DNA from: an uncultured Verrucomicrobiota bacterium
GTDB lineage: Bacteria > Verrucomicrobiota > Verrucomicrobiia > Chthoniobacterales > SZAS-18
Length of the DNA stretch: 53,573 bases
Assembly (NCBI GenBank): GCA_937859745.1
Contig: CALMAQ010000348.1
Span: 1 to 53,573 of the forward strand
Direction: 5' to 3'
Shown: positions 9,020 to 18,607 of the stretch, in pieces
Layout: every line of letters starts with the position of its first letter
How positions within the stretch are numbered: the stretch's first letter is position 1
Position numbers and translations under genes: made by a program
Notes under the pieces: generated by a model
What the model was told of the DNA's origin: nothing
Databases searched by the model: none
The model's input: the letters and a program-made list of their open reading frames with translations, nothing else

Positions 9020-9136
9020 TGGTAATATTAAGTAGTGCACGGCCGCTTTTGCCGCGTTCCTTGTTCGACAGCATGAAGTGATTCAGGCTGCGCGGCAAGG
9101 CGTCAAGCCCGCTGGTAAATGCTCAACGTTGCTGCC

Positions 9137-9775
9137 TTACCGCCCGCAGTCTTTCGCTTTTTCCCTCGCTTTCGTCTGCTTTAGCACCTTTGCCGGAACG
9201 GCCGATGTCGCCGTCTTGAAGCTGGCAATGGCTCCGTCCAAGCGGCCTGCTTGAGCCTCGCGCGAGATGGCCACCATCGTTTCACGCGAGATCGACTGGA
9301 AATCGATTTTATATCCCGCCTGTCTGGCGATGTCGCCGAGCATCACACGTTGCGTGCGGCCGTTGCCTTCTCTGAAAGGGTGGAGAGCGTTGATTTCTCC
9401 AAAGTAGTAAGCCAGCCGATCACAAAGGCTATCCTGCGGAAGGGAACGGAGCATGTTCTCCTGACGGAGTTGATCGAAAATACGCTTGCCCTCCGAGGCA
9501 AGGAATTCGTGACGGCAGAACAGGCTCGCGCCTTTGCTCATGGAGACGGTTCGCAATTCTCCCGCCCAAGAATACACGTCACGGAAGATGTGACGGTGGA
9601 TATCGCGTAGATGATCCAGATCAAACTTCCCCGCGACGGGCCTGCGTTGGAGCTGATCGAGCCGGAGAACGGTGATCCGCGCTTCTGCCTTCGACAGGTC
9701 GGCCTGGGCGCGGAAGCCGAACGAATTCTGGAGAACGTCCGACTGCGAATAGCAGTAGGGATCTTGTTCGCTCAC
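9137..9775 (-). CDS. Fic-domain toxin (FicT/VbhT-like adenylyltransferase)
   Basis: Canonical HPFREGNGRTQR motif; N-terminal DPYCY. Confidence 0.93.
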   Translation of the reverse strand: MSEQDPYCYSQSDVLQNSFGFRAQADLSKAEARITVLRLDQLQRRPVAGKFDLDHLRDIHRHIFRDVYSWAGELRTVSMSKGASLFCRHEFLASEGKRIFDQLRQENMLRSLPQDSLCDRLAYYFGEINALHPFREGNGRTQRVMLGDIARQAGYKIDFQSISRETMVAISREAQAGRLDGAIASFKTATSAVPAKVLKQTKAREKAKDCGR

Positions 9776-9993
9776 GCGGAACCGTTTCTCAGCTTCTCAA
9801 GCGTATTCTCAATCGCTTTTTCAAGCGTGATCTCTCCACGAATCCAGGCGTCGGCCTCCGCGTCATCCTCCGCCGTCAGAAAGCCATCCAGACCTTCCAA
9901 GCGCAAGCTGTGCCGTGAATCCTCGTGGATCGCCCGCCTCGACCGCATCTCTTCTTCCGAGATCGGGGGAAGGGGTCGGTCGGGCGTGCTCAC
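9772..9993 (-). CDS. FicA/VbhA-like antitoxin
   Basis: 73 aa with the inhibitory SLRLEG motif ((S/T)xxxE(G/N)) and GEITLE; 4-bp overlap with the fic gene. Confidence 0.85.
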   Translation of the reverse strand: MSTPDRPLPPISEEEMRSRRAIHEDSRHSLRLEGLDGFLTAEDDAEADAWIRGEITLEKAIENTLEKLRNGSA

Positions 9994-10042
9994 AGGGAAA
10001 TATTATGTCGAAATCGTGAACGTCTCGCAAACCTATACGCCA

Positions 10043-11026
10043 CTATTTTCGCATCGCGGCAACGGCTCGCAGGGCCGCGTTTTTGACAGAGTTTCCACCG
10101 CTGGCAGCAAGCGAAGTACCTCCCGTAGCTACGGCTGCGATGCCCTGTGCTGTGAGACTAGCTGCCCCCATTAATGTGCCCATCGCGCTACCGGGTGCGC
10201 CGATGTGATTATGGGAAACGAGACCAGCTACCATGGCGGGCACTTTGTCTACGAGCATGGCCACAATCACAAGCAGCGCCAGAGTGGAAAGGGCGTTGTC
10301 AATTTGCCCCATGTCTGCATTCATGGCGTTCGTGACCAACTGAATCGCTGTGTTCATCAAAAGATTCAGCGTGAACAGCCTCAAGCCAGCCGCGATCACG
10401 GCTTTGTAGTAGCTGATCGCCATCTCGGAGGTGTACTTCGATCCGCCGAAACCCAATACGAAGATTCCGGCATACACCAGTGTCAACGCGGTGATTCCAG
10501 CAATGATGATGGTCACGACGAGGTAGCAGCCAAGCACGACGCCGATAATTGCTATCAACGACCATAAGAGCGCCATCTTGGGGTCCCAAAGGCTCACGTT
10601 GCTAACCGCTTGGTGGCTGAAAGCGAGAGCCAACTGCAATACCGTGTTGCCTTGGCCAGCCCCGCCCCCACCTCCAACGGTGGCTCCTGCCTGTTGAAGG
10701 CTGGTGACTATCGAAGCGGCTATTGTCGTACCGTTCGTCAGCAGCCAGTAGAAAAATCCTGTTGTGATGATGAACCGGACCAATTCCGCAAAAAAATCCA
10801 TCATGTCAGCTTTTCGCAAAGCGAGCATTGCGCCCGTCCAAACGAGGGAAATCGCTGCCAGCGACCAGAACAATCGTTCTGCGTAAGCCTCGATTTGGGT
10901 TCCGAACCCTTTGATCGCGTTTGCAAATTGACTTGTTACCTGCGAACCGATGTCCGTTCCCTGCCCGTAAGCCATCGATCCAAAGCAGAGCAAAACCAGG
11001 ATTGTCAGCGGGAAGGCTTTCCGCAT
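10043..11026 (-). CDS. trbL: P-type conjugative transfer protein TrbL (VirB6-like)
   Basis: AERLFWSLAAISLVWTG...DFFAELVRF...FFYWLLTNG...GFGGSKYTSEMAISYYK; position after trbJ and trbK. Confidence 0.9.
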   Translation of the reverse strand: MRKAFPLTILVLLCFGSMAYGQGTDIGSQVTSQFANAIKGFGTQIEAYAERLFWSLAAISLVWTGAMLALRKADMMDFFAELVRFIITTGFFYWLLTNGTTIAASIVTSLQQAGATVGGGGGAGQGNTVLQLALAFSHQAVSNVSLWDPKMALLWSLIAIIGVVLGCYLVVTIIIAGITALTLVYAGIFVLGFGGSKYTSEMAISYYKAVIAAGLRLFTLNLLMNTAIQLVTNAMNADMGQIDNALSTLALLVIVAMLVDKVPAMVAGLVSHNHIGAPGSAMGTLMGAASLTAQGIAAVATGGTSLAASGGNSVKNAALRAVAAMRK

Positions 11027-11235
11027 CAGTGCTGGTCCTCGGGCTTCGGTGTGGGCGATGCCGGCGTCCCCATGGACAAGTCTAGGGGGACTGGCGTGTA
11101 GTTCCCGGCATTCGCTTGGGTTCCCTGCTTTGTTTTCTCACGTTCAGCCTGCAACTTCGCTTTCTCGGAGTTGTCGCAAGCTGCCGTAGTGACGATGCAG
11201 AAAACTGCTAAAGAGATGAGGAGATAGCGGTTCAT
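11026..11235 (-). CDS. trbK: Entry-exclusion lipoprotein TrbK-like
   Basis: Small ORF with a signal peptide and lipobox-like TAAC, between trbJ and trbL. Confidence 0.65.
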   Translation of the reverse strand: MNRYLLISLAVFCIVTTAACDNSEKAKLQAEREKTKQGTQANAGNYTPVPLDLSMGTPASPTPKPEDQH

Positions 11236-11251
11236 TTGCGGCGCATTCAAG

Positions 11252-12013
11252 TTACTGCATTGAGAAGTTTAGTGGGGCCGCGGTGTAGGCACCGGCGTTG
11301 ACACGCATACCGTTTTGCGTTGCAGCGGCCTCTGCGGCTTCCTTATTCGCCAGACTCGCATTGCGTGCGGTGGTCGCATCGGCGAGGTGGACAAGCAGCC
11401 CACGCAATTGCTGCAACTGCGCGACCTGCGCGCTGGCGAGCTGCATCCCGGCCTGCAACGCCTGGAGTTCACCGGAAGCTCCCTGCGCGCTGGCGGTCAT
11501 CTTGCTCAAGACGGCGGCATCGTGGGCCATGTTCGCGTTCTGGGCGGACAGGTTCTGCACGACGGCCCCGTAGGAGGCGATTTCCGTGGCTGAACCATTG
11601 GCCATGCTCTGGCGGTAAGCCACCAGCGTGGGCGGATGCTGATTCCACTGTGCCTGGGTCTGAAACTGCGTGAGGAAACTGTTGTAGGCCCCGGTGGTGC
11701 CGTTGACCGTGCCGACCAACTGGTTGAGCGATGTGCTGGCGTCCGCCCACTTGTAAGTCCCAAGCGCCTGTAAGTTCTGGAGCTGCGCTTGGTATTGCTG
11801 GAGCTGGGTCTCGTACTGCTGCACCTGCTTGGCGTACTGGGTGACCTGCTCGGCGTAGCTCATCACGTGCGAGCCTGCCGTGATGGTGGCCTGCACAGTG
11901 TTGAGCGGGTCGGTGACGACGTACTGCGCCCGCGCCTGCTGAGCGTGGGAAAGCCAGCCCGCGCCGAGGAGGAATGCGGTGGCCAAGGAATGTGTTCTGC
12001 GATGGGTTTTCAT
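11252..12013 (-). CDS. trbJ: TrbJ (VirB5-like)
   Basis: Signal peptide, Gln-rich coiled coil (QLQQYQAQLQN) and GELQALQAGMQLASAQVAQLQQLRGLL. Confidence 0.85.
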   Translation of the reverse strand: MKTHRRTHSLATAFLLGAGWLSHAQQARAQYVVTDPLNTVQATITAGSHVMSYAEQVTQYAKQVQQYETQLQQYQAQLQNLQALGTYKWADASTSLNQLVGTVNGTTGAYNSFLTQFQTQAQWNQHPPTLVAYRQSMANGSATEIASYGAVVQNLSAQNANMAHDAAVLSKMTASAQGASGELQALQAGMQLASAQVAQLQQLRGLLVHLADATTARNASLANKEAAEAAATQNGMRVNAGAYTAAPLNFSMQ

Positions 12014-12020
12014 TTTGGAG

Positions 12021-12033
12021 TTTAGCGGCTAAA
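12021..12033. promoter_or_regulatory. KorB-type operator (O_B)
   Basis: TTTAGCGGCTAAA, an exact match to the IncP-1 O_B consensus. Confidence 0.85.
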
Positions 12034-12045
12034 CCAGCGTGGAAT

Positions 12046-13323
12046 TCACTTTGCCAAGCGGTATTGAAAGTCCTGGTACGGGGTCATCTCGAAGTCTTTG
12101 ACCACCAAAATATTGAACCGGTAACCCGGCCGGATTTTGATGGTGGGCGCGACGTTGAGATTTTTCTGGATCATCTGGGCGATGACGTTGCCAAACACGT
12201 TGCCAAGCGATTGGCTCAGGTTTTGTTGCAGCCCGTTGTTGCTGTAGGTGGAGGCGCTCAGGTTCGCGTTGGCCGCCGGCACGCTCTGGGCCAACTGCTG
12301 GCTGTACGACACCCCGCCCACGACCGCGGAAAGCAGGATGGCGGAGCCGAACGTGCGCAGGTAGTGGTTGTCCACCTGGTCAGCGAATCCGGCGTACCCT
12401 CCCCCGTCGGTGCCGGGTTGCGAGCCCACGTCCAGCGCGCGACCGTCGGGAAAAATGATCCGCTGCCAGGCGATGAACACCCGGTCCTGTCCGTAGCCCA
12501 CGTTGGCCGAGTACGCGCCGACCAGGCGGCTGCCCTGGGGCAAGAGCAGGTACTGGCCGGTCGGCGTGTCGAACACGTTCTGGGACACCTGGGCGATGAT
12601 CGTGCCGGGCAGCTCGGAATTGACGCCGGAGATGAGGACGCCCGGAATGACGCTGCCGGTGCGCAGGATGAAGCGCGAGGGGTTCTCGATGCGCGCGTTG
12701 GTCTGCCAACGGTGCGGACTGACCGCGTCGAACTGGCTCAAACCCGTAAGGTCGGCCTGGGGCGTGGCCGCGCCCAGTTCACCGGCGGTTTTGTCGTCCC
12801 GGTCTTTGGCTAGAATTCCCCGCAGCAACGCGAGCTTGCGCGCCTCCGGGTCGTTCTCCCCTGTCCCGGCGGCCGGCGTCGTCTTGGGCAGCGCGATGCC
12901 CTCGACGTTGGGCTTGGCGGAGAGCGCGGTCTGGAGCGCCTGCATCCGCGCGTTGTTGACGGGGTCGGCGGGCGGCTCGGGCGGGACCGGCGGCGGCAGC
13001 ATCGCCGGCACGACCGGCGCGGACTTCGGCACCGGCGTTGGCTCAACCGGAGCCTGGGTCCAAGCGAGCTGCTTGGGAATGATGCTGTCCGCCTGTTTGG
13101 CGGCGCTCGTGTGCTGCTCGGTATTCTGGGCGATCTGGCGCTTGCTGCGCGAGTACATGACCCCGATCACTACGAACAGGAAGAGCACCATCAAAACGAA
13201 GATGATGACCATCGGCGTGTTGTTGATGCGCCGGGTGCCGACCTGCGAGCGGCCAGCGCCGGAGGGCGAGTTCTCGGGCGACAGATCCGGGTCCGAGGCC
13301 GGAGGGGGAGCGTTATTTTCCAT
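12046..13323 (-). CDS. trbI: TrbI (VirB10)
   Basis: TM segment and Pro-rich linker, then LRTGSVIPGVLISGVNSELPG...GYAGFADQVDNHY...PTIKIRPGYRFNI. Confidence 0.95.
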   Translation of the reverse strand: MENNAPPPASDPDLSPENSPSGAGRSQVGTRRINNTPMVIIFVLMVLFLFVVIGVMYSRSKRQIAQNTEQHTSAAKQADSIIPKQLAWTQAPVEPTPVPKSAPVVPAMLPPPVPPEPPADPVNNARMQALQTALSAKPNVEGIALPKTTPAAGTGENDPEARKLALLRGILAKDRDDKTAGELGAATPQADLTGLSQFDAVSPHRWQTNARIENPSRFILRTGSVIPGVLISGVNSELPGTIIAQVSQNVFDTPTGQYLLLPQGSRLVGAYSANVGYGQDRVFIAWQRIIFPDGRALDVGSQPGTDGGGYAGFADQVDNHYLRTFGSAILLSAVVGGVSYSQQLAQSVPAANANLSASTYSNNGLQQNLSQSLGNVFGNVIAQMIQKNLNVAPTIKIRPGYRFNILVVKDFEMTPYQDFQYRLAK

Positions 13324-14578
13324 CGCGGGCTTTGGAAGACTTGGTCTGCGTGGTGGTGGTCGTCGTGCGGGTCGTCACCGGCTTCGGCGCGACGACCTTC
13401 TTGGTCAGCTTCACCTCGTCGCGCCCGATGACCATGACGGCGCGGTCGATCACCGAATCCACGATGTAGCGGTTGTGCTGGACCCGGTAATTGACGATCA
13501 CCTTGTCGTCGCCCCACAAGCCCTTGCCACGGCGCAGCACGAGCAGGCTCGGAGCCTCCGTCTGGCTCATGGTGGGCGGCATCTGGATGTAGGTCTTCAC
13601 GCCGTCCGTGTAGGCGTAGAGCGGCTGCCAGGGCGCGCTGCCGTCGATGCGGTAGGCAACCGTGGGCACCGCCGGTCCCGGCACGGCGGGCTTGGGCAAT
13701 TTCGCCTGCGACTCGGCGCGAGTGCGGGCGGCCGTTTTCTGGAGCGCCGCCAACTCGGCGTCGCGCTTCTGCTGCAACGCCGCCACCTCCGGGTCTTCGG
13801 GGTAGGTGAACGTCACGTAGTGCATGAACCGGTCGAAACTCGACTGCAAGAGCAGGTGGTAGGTGCGTTTGGTCGTCGTCACGACGAGCGAGGTTTTGAG
13901 TCCCTCGTCCAGGGGTTTGATGATGAGGTGCGCGCGCTGCAACTCACCCTCCTGGGAATTGGTGACGGCGATCACCCAGCGGGCCGTGTCGCCGACGTTG
14001 ACCGAGGTGACGGCCTCGCCGGGCTGCAACTCCACGTCGGTCAATTCGAGCACCGCCGCGGTGAGCGTGGGCAGCGCGGAATTAAACGTGAGCACGACCG
14101 AGCCGTTGACTTTGGACTGACTCTGGAAATCTGCGCTCTGCGCCGCCCAATCGTCCGTCATTTTGACACCGACCTGTTCCTGTGGCGTGAGCGTGCGCTC
14201 GCTTTCCACGCGAGCCTGCTTGGTCACAAGATCGACCCTCCGTTCCGGGGAAAGCGGCACATCAACAGCGCGGAACGCCGGGACCGGATAAATCTGCCCC
14301 TGGGGCGGCAGGCCGCCGCCGATGACCTGCGTCTGCGCGCCCGCGCCCGCCACGCCGGGCGTCGGGGTAGGATCGGGCTGCGGAAGGTCTGCGGGGACGG
14401 GAGGCGTCGGGACCGGCACTTGCACCGTGGCGGCGGTGCTCCCCGGCGGCAGCAGCAAAGGGGGCGGTGTTTGTGCGGACTGGTCCGCCTCCTGCGCGCA
14501 GCCGGTCGGGCGGGGTGCGATCACGGCGAGCGCCAGCGCCCCAGCGAACAACGTGGATTTCATGGTGGTGGCCTTCAC
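13313..14578 (-). CDS. trbG: TrbG (VirB9)
   Basis: TDVELQPGEAVTSVNVGDTARW, TSLVVTTTKRTYHL, DGVKTYIQMP and VNYRVQHNRYIVD. Confidence 0.93.
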   Translation of the reverse strand: MKATTMKSTLFAGALALAVIAPRPTGCAQEADQSAQTPPPLLLPPGSTAATVQVPVPTPPVPADLPQPDPTPTPGVAGAGAQTQVIGGGLPPQGQIYPVPAFRAVDVPLSPERRVDLVTKQARVESERTLTPQEQVGVKMTDDWAAQSADFQSQSKVNGSVVLTFNSALPTLTAAVLELTDVELQPGEAVTSVNVGDTARWVIAVTNSQEGELQRAHLIIKPLDEGLKTSLVVTTTKRTYHLLLQSSFDRFMHYVTFTYPEDPEVAALQQKRDAELAALQKTAARTRAESQAKLPKPAVPGPAVPTVAYRIDGSAPWQPLYAYTDGVKTYIQMPPTMSQTEAPSLLVLRRGKGLWGDDKVIVNYRVQHNRYIVDSVIDRAVMVIGRDEVKLTKKVVAPKPVTTRTTTTTTQTKSSKARDGK

Positions 14579-14581
14579 GTC

Positions 14582-15265
14582 CTAGAAACCGATTTTGCTC
14601 CAGTTAAAATCCTTCACGTACAGACCGATGGGATTACGCTGAATGTCCTGTTCGCTGGTGGCCGCCGTCGCGGGCACGAGGTAGGTCGTGACTAACGCGC
14701 GCATGTTGGTGACGCTCTCCGGGTGGCCGTCGCGGCTGACGACCGTCTCGGTCCAGTCCACCTGCCAGGAGTTCTGCGACTGCGGGATGACGGCGTTGAT
14801 GGACGCGCTCACCAGCACCTTGGTCGCGCGGTTAAACGGGTTGTTTTCCTTCGTGCCGTTGAACCATTCGTTCATCTTGGCGGTGGCCGGATCGGAGTTG
14901 GCCAAGAGCGCGTACACGTCCCGGATGGAATTGGCCTGGAGCTGCTGGTCGGGCGTGACGAGCCGGGCCTTGGTGATGAAGGTCGCCAGCTCCGCTTTGA
15001 CGACCGCCGTCAGGTTCGCCGCATCAATGACCGACGCCTGCCGCACCGCGGCGACCTGGCCCAGCTTATCGACCTCCACGATGTACGGGACGAATCGGCT
15101 CTGTTTGGCGACGGACACCATGCCGACCACGGCGATGCCCGCGACGCAAAGGCTGCCAATGCCGACCGCCTGCCAGATTTTCGTGGCGCGCACGACCTGG
15201 CCGACGTGGTCGTTCCACGAACGCCGGGCGTTGAAATAAGGACTGACAGGTTCCTGAGTTTTCAT
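14582..15265 (-). CDS. trbF: TrbF (VirB8-like)
   Basis: SPYFNARRSWND...FVPYIVEVDKLG...WQVDWTE...RNPIGLYVKDFNWS. Start set at ATG 15265. Confidence 0.93.
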   Translation of the reverse strand: MKTQEPVSPYFNARRSWNDHVGQVVRATKIWQAVGIGSLCVAGIAVVGMVSVAKQSRFVPYIVEVDKLGQVAAVRQASVIDAANLTAVVKAELATFITKARLVTPDQQLQANSIRDVYALLANSDPATAKMNEWFNGTKENNPFNRATKVLVSASINAVIPQSQNSWQVDWTETVVSRDGHPESVTNMRALVTTYLVPATAATSEQDIQRNPIGLYVKDFNWSKIGF

Positions 15266-15294
15266 TGAGAGAAAGGGAAAGAGAGCGAAGACGG

Positions 15295-17727
15295 TCAAAG
15301 TGCGGGAAGGTTCCGACTGGCGAGCCACGGGTTGACCCACCCCTTGCGTCCATACTTGGCGACCAACTGGCGGATGACGGCGACGGATTCCTTGTCGCTG
15401 GCTCCCACGAACGCGAGGGCCAGCTTGCCCAAGGACAACTCGTAGAGCCGTCGCCCCCTCTCTGATACGTAGTAGTACTGGCGCTTGGGGATCGCCTCCG
15501 AGAGCAACTGAATCTGGCGTTCGTTCAGGCCCATGCGACGGTAGAGTGCGCTGGCGTCCTCCTCGCGGGCGTAGGCGTTGGGCAGGAAAATCTTGGTGGC
15601 CGTGCTTTCCACGATCACGTCGAGAATGCCGGAGTGCGCGGCGTCGGTGAGCGACTGCGTGGCCATGAGGATCAGGCAGTTGGCCTTGCGCATGACTTTG
15701 AGCCACTCGCGGATTTTGCCCCGGAACGTTTCGTGCCCGAGCATGATCCAGGCTTCGTCGAGCACGATAGCGGCGGGCTGGCCGCGCAGAGATTTCTCGA
15801 TGCGCCGGAAGAGATACAGCAGCACCGGCAGCGCGTACTTTTGCCCGAGGTTGAGCAGTTCCTCGATCTCGAACGCCGTGAAATCCGAAAGCGAAAGCCC
15901 GTCTTCCTTGGCGTCAAGCAAATGCCCCATCGACCCCGCGATGGTGTACTGCTTCATCCCCTCGCGGATGGCCTGATCCTGGATCGTCAGGCAAAAGTCC
16001 GTCAGGGTCCGCGCGCCGCTGGCGTGCATGTTCTCCAGGGCGGAAACGATCTCGTTGCGCTGCGCGGAACTGATCTGAATCTGGTTCAGGTTAAGAATCG
16101 TCTCGATCCACTCGGCGGCCCACGCGCGGTCGCTTTTGCTCTCCAGGTGTTGCAGCGGGCAAAATGCCAGTTCGTCCCCGTCGCCGCCCACCGTGTAATG
16201 CTCGCCGCCGGCGGCCATCGCCAGGGGATAGATGCTCAGGCCCTTGTCGAAGAAGAAAATCGACATGTCGCGGTAGCGGCGAAGCTGCGCCACGATGAGG
16301 CCCAAGTGCGTGGATTTGCCCGCCCCCGTCGGCCCGAACATGATAGTGTGGCCGATGTCGCGCACGTGGAGGTTGAGCCAGAACGGGGCACTACCGCTGC
16401 TCAGGCAACTCATGAGCGCCGGGGAGAGCGCGGGATAGAACGGGCAGGGCGCGCTCCCCTCCCCACTCCAGATGGAACTGGTCGGCATGAGGTCGCCCAG
16501 GTTCAGCGTGTTCATGAGCGGGCGGCGCACGTTTTCGTCGCAGTGTCCGGGCAGGCTGCCGAAGAAGGCGTCGAGCGTGTTGGTGTCTTCCACCCGGGCG
16601 TTGAAACCGAGTTCGTTGATGGCCTTGGTCACCCGCTTGGCCGTGGCGTCGAGCGCCTTGCGGTCGGCGTCGAAGAGCACGACGACGCTCGTGTAATATC
16701 CCACCCCGACGATGCCGCCGTTGAGTTCGGTCAACGCCCCGTCGATGTCGTCTACCATGTCCTGGGCGTGCTGGTTGATCCGCCCGGAATTGGTCTGGAA
16801 AAGCTGGTCGAAAAACCCGCGGACTTTCTGCTTCCATTTCTTGCGGTATTTCTCCAGGTGGCGCACGGCCTCGTGGCCGTCCATGAAGATAAAGCGCGTG
16901 CTCCAGCGGTACTCGCACGGCAGTTCGGCGAGCTTGCCCAGGATGTTCGGGTGAGACTCCAAGGGAAAGCCGTCGATGGCGACCACCTGCAAGAACGAGT
17001 CCCCCACCCGCGGGATGACGCCCCCGTGCATCTCCTGGCCGAACAGGCGGTCCAGGTAGATGGGATTATTGGGAAGGTTGACGCTCTGGCTGCGCCCGCT
17101 CATGCACCGCCACAGGTGGGAAAGGAAATCGTCCCTGGTCTCCGTGGACCCGTCCTCGTTGTGGACTTTCCGGCCCGCCAGACGCTCCAGCTTGAAACAC
17201 AGAGACAGCCGGGATTCGAGCGCGTCGATCTCGTGCTGAAACTGGGTGATGAGGTCGTGGGTGCGGATGCGGTTGGTCGGGGCCGAGTTGTCGTCGTCGA
17301 ACATGAGTTCAACGAACTTGCGCTCCGCGAGCATCGGCGGGAACCAGGTCGCCGTGATGTAGAAAGCCTGGAGGTACGCTTGGCCCGCCCCGGAAAACAT
17401 CGCGCGGCGCTCCTCGTCGATGGCGCGGGTGACGCGGTCCGGGAAATGGGAAAGCTCGCGCTGGCTGTAATTTGTCGTCGGCGTGCGGACCACGTCCACG
17501 TGGACCGCCCAGCCGCTTTTAAGCGGGGCGAGCGCCTGGTTGACCCGGAAGGCCACGACCTCCTTGTCGCGCTCGCCGCTGCTCTCGGCGTCCGCGCCGC
17601 TGTAACGCCACGCGGCCATGAAAGAGCCGTTCTTGTTGACGATCACCCCATCGTCAACCACGGCCGCGTAGTTGAGCAGGTCCACGAAGCCGTCGCCGGT
17701 CTGCCGGTAGGGAGCGAGTGCCTTCAT
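15295..17727 (-). CDS. trbE: TrbE (VirB4 ATPase)
   Basis: DLLNYAAVVDDGVIVNKNGSFMA, Walker A GPTGAGKST and Walker B IVLDEAW. Start set at ATG 17727. Confidence 0.96.
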   Translation of the reverse strand: MKALAPYRQTGDGFVDLLNYAAVVDDGVIVNKNGSFMAAWRYSGADAESSGERDKEVVAFRVNQALAPLKSGWAVHVDVVRTPTTNYSQRELSHFPDRVTRAIDEERRAMFSGAGQAYLQAFYITATWFPPMLAERKFVELMFDDDNSAPTNRIRTHDLITQFQHEIDALESRLSLCFKLERLAGRKVHNEDGSTETRDDFLSHLWRCMSGRSQSVNLPNNPIYLDRLFGQEMHGGVIPRVGDSFLQVVAIDGFPLESHPNILGKLAELPCEYRWSTRFIFMDGHEAVRHLEKYRKKWKQKVRGFFDQLFQTNSGRINQHAQDMVDDIDGALTELNGGIVGVGYYTSVVVLFDADRKALDATAKRVTKAINELGFNARVEDTNTLDAFFGSLPGHCDENVRRPLMNTLNLGDLMPTSSIWSGEGSAPCPFYPALSPALMSCLSSGSAPFWLNLHVRDIGHTIMFGPTGAGKSTHLGLIVAQLRRYRDMSIFFFDKGLSIYPLAMAAGGEHYTVGGDGDELAFCPLQHLESKSDRAWAAEWIETILNLNQIQISSAQRNEIVSALENMHASGARTLTDFCLTIQDQAIREGMKQYTIAGSMGHLLDAKEDGLSLSDFTAFEIEELLNLGQKYALPVLLYLFRRIEKSLRGQPAAIVLDEAWIMLGHETFRGKIREWLKVMRKANCLILMATQSLTDAAHSGILDVIVESTATKIFLPNAYAREEDASALYRRMGLNERQIQLLSEAIPKRQYYYVSERGRRLYELSLGKLALAFVGASDKESVAVIRQLVAKYGRKGWVNPWLASRNLPAL

Positions 17728-17744
17728 TTTTTTGAGCGCAACGG

Positions 17745-18041
17745 CTACGGCTGCTTGAGGGACTTGAAGGGGGTGGACTGCGCCGGGTAAAACGCTTTGT
17801 AGCGGCGGTGGCGCAGGTAAACGTGGCGAAGCTGCGGGTCGTTTTTCGCCATGAGGCGCAGGAGGTAGAGCGCCACCGTCCAGAGCACGACGCCGAACAC
17901 GCAGGCGAACCATTCCTGCGCCGCGAAGATGAGAGCGACGGCCAACAGTGCCGTGAACATCACCAGTTCCCGATCCCCGCCCATGAACAGGTTGGGCCGG
18001 TTGATGGCGCTATGGATCGGGATCATGCGGCGGTCTTCCAT
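17745..18041 (-). CDS. trbD: TrbD (VirB3)
   Basis: IPIHSAINRPNLFMGGDRELV...MAKNDPQLRHVYLRH. Confidence 0.93.
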   Translation of the reverse strand: MEDRRMIPIHSAINRPNLFMGGDRELVMFTALLAVALIFAAQEWFACVFGVVLWTVALYLLRLMAKNDPQLRHVYLRHRRYKAFYPAQSTPFKSLKQP

Positions 18042-18091
18042 AAAGACGGTTGTTTTCGTTTAGAATCCTCCCCTACCCCTCCGGCGCTGTT

Positions 18092-18481
18092 TCACACGGC
18101 GAATGCGCCGTTGACCCACGGCGAGCCATGCATAGGCGGCAGCGGGCTGTAGACGACGGCACCCGTGCCAAAGAGGCCTGACATCATGGTGTTCGCCCCG
18201 ACCAGGAGCGCCATGACGAGCACGATGAAAACCAGCGTGCGCAGGAACGCGTTGAGTTCGCCGCCGAAAATCAGAACGCCACCGGCCCCGACGATGCCGA
18301 TGAGCGACACGCTAAACGCCACGGGTCCCGTCAAGGATTCCTGAAGCTTGGTGAGCCACGCCTCGTACGGCAGCCCGCCGCCAGCCGCGGCTGAGGCATG
18401 GGCGTAGCTCGCGAAGGCGAAAGTAAATCCAACGATGAGGAGAACTTGGAGTTTTGTATTGCTGAATTTTGAAAGTTTCAC
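18092..18481 (-). CDS. trbC: TrbC pilin precursor (VirB2)
   Basis: [23 protein letters not shown]...[16 protein letters not shown]. Start uncertain (GTG 18481 or TTG 18520). Confidence 0.92.
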   Translation of the reverse strand: MKLSKFSNTKLQVLLIVGFTFAFASYAHASAAAGGGLPYEAWLTKLQESLTGPVAFSVSLIGIVGAGGVLIFGGELNAFLRTLVFIVLVMALLVGANTMMSGLFGTGAVVYSPLPPMHGSPWVNGAFAV

Positions 18482-18586
18482 GGGCGCGATGATTCCGTCC
18501 CACGAGAAATTTGTCAACAAAAGATCCGGGGGTAGCGCAGAAAATCAGCAATAAAGTGCTGCCGCCGCCGATGCTGGGCGGGACGG

Positions 18587-18599
18587 TTTAGCCGCTAAA
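18587..18599. promoter_or_regulatory. KorB-type operator (O_B)
   Basis: TTTAGCCGCTAAA between trbB and trbC. Confidence 0.85.
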
Positions 18600-18607
18600 C
18601 TCAATTT

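Noticed and set aside
12503-14695. 730-aa plus-strand ORF
   Set aside because: Antisense shadow of trbI/trbG in high-GC DNA; no recognisable motifs.
15634-17790. 718-aa plus-strand ORF
   Set aside because: Antisense shadow of trbE.
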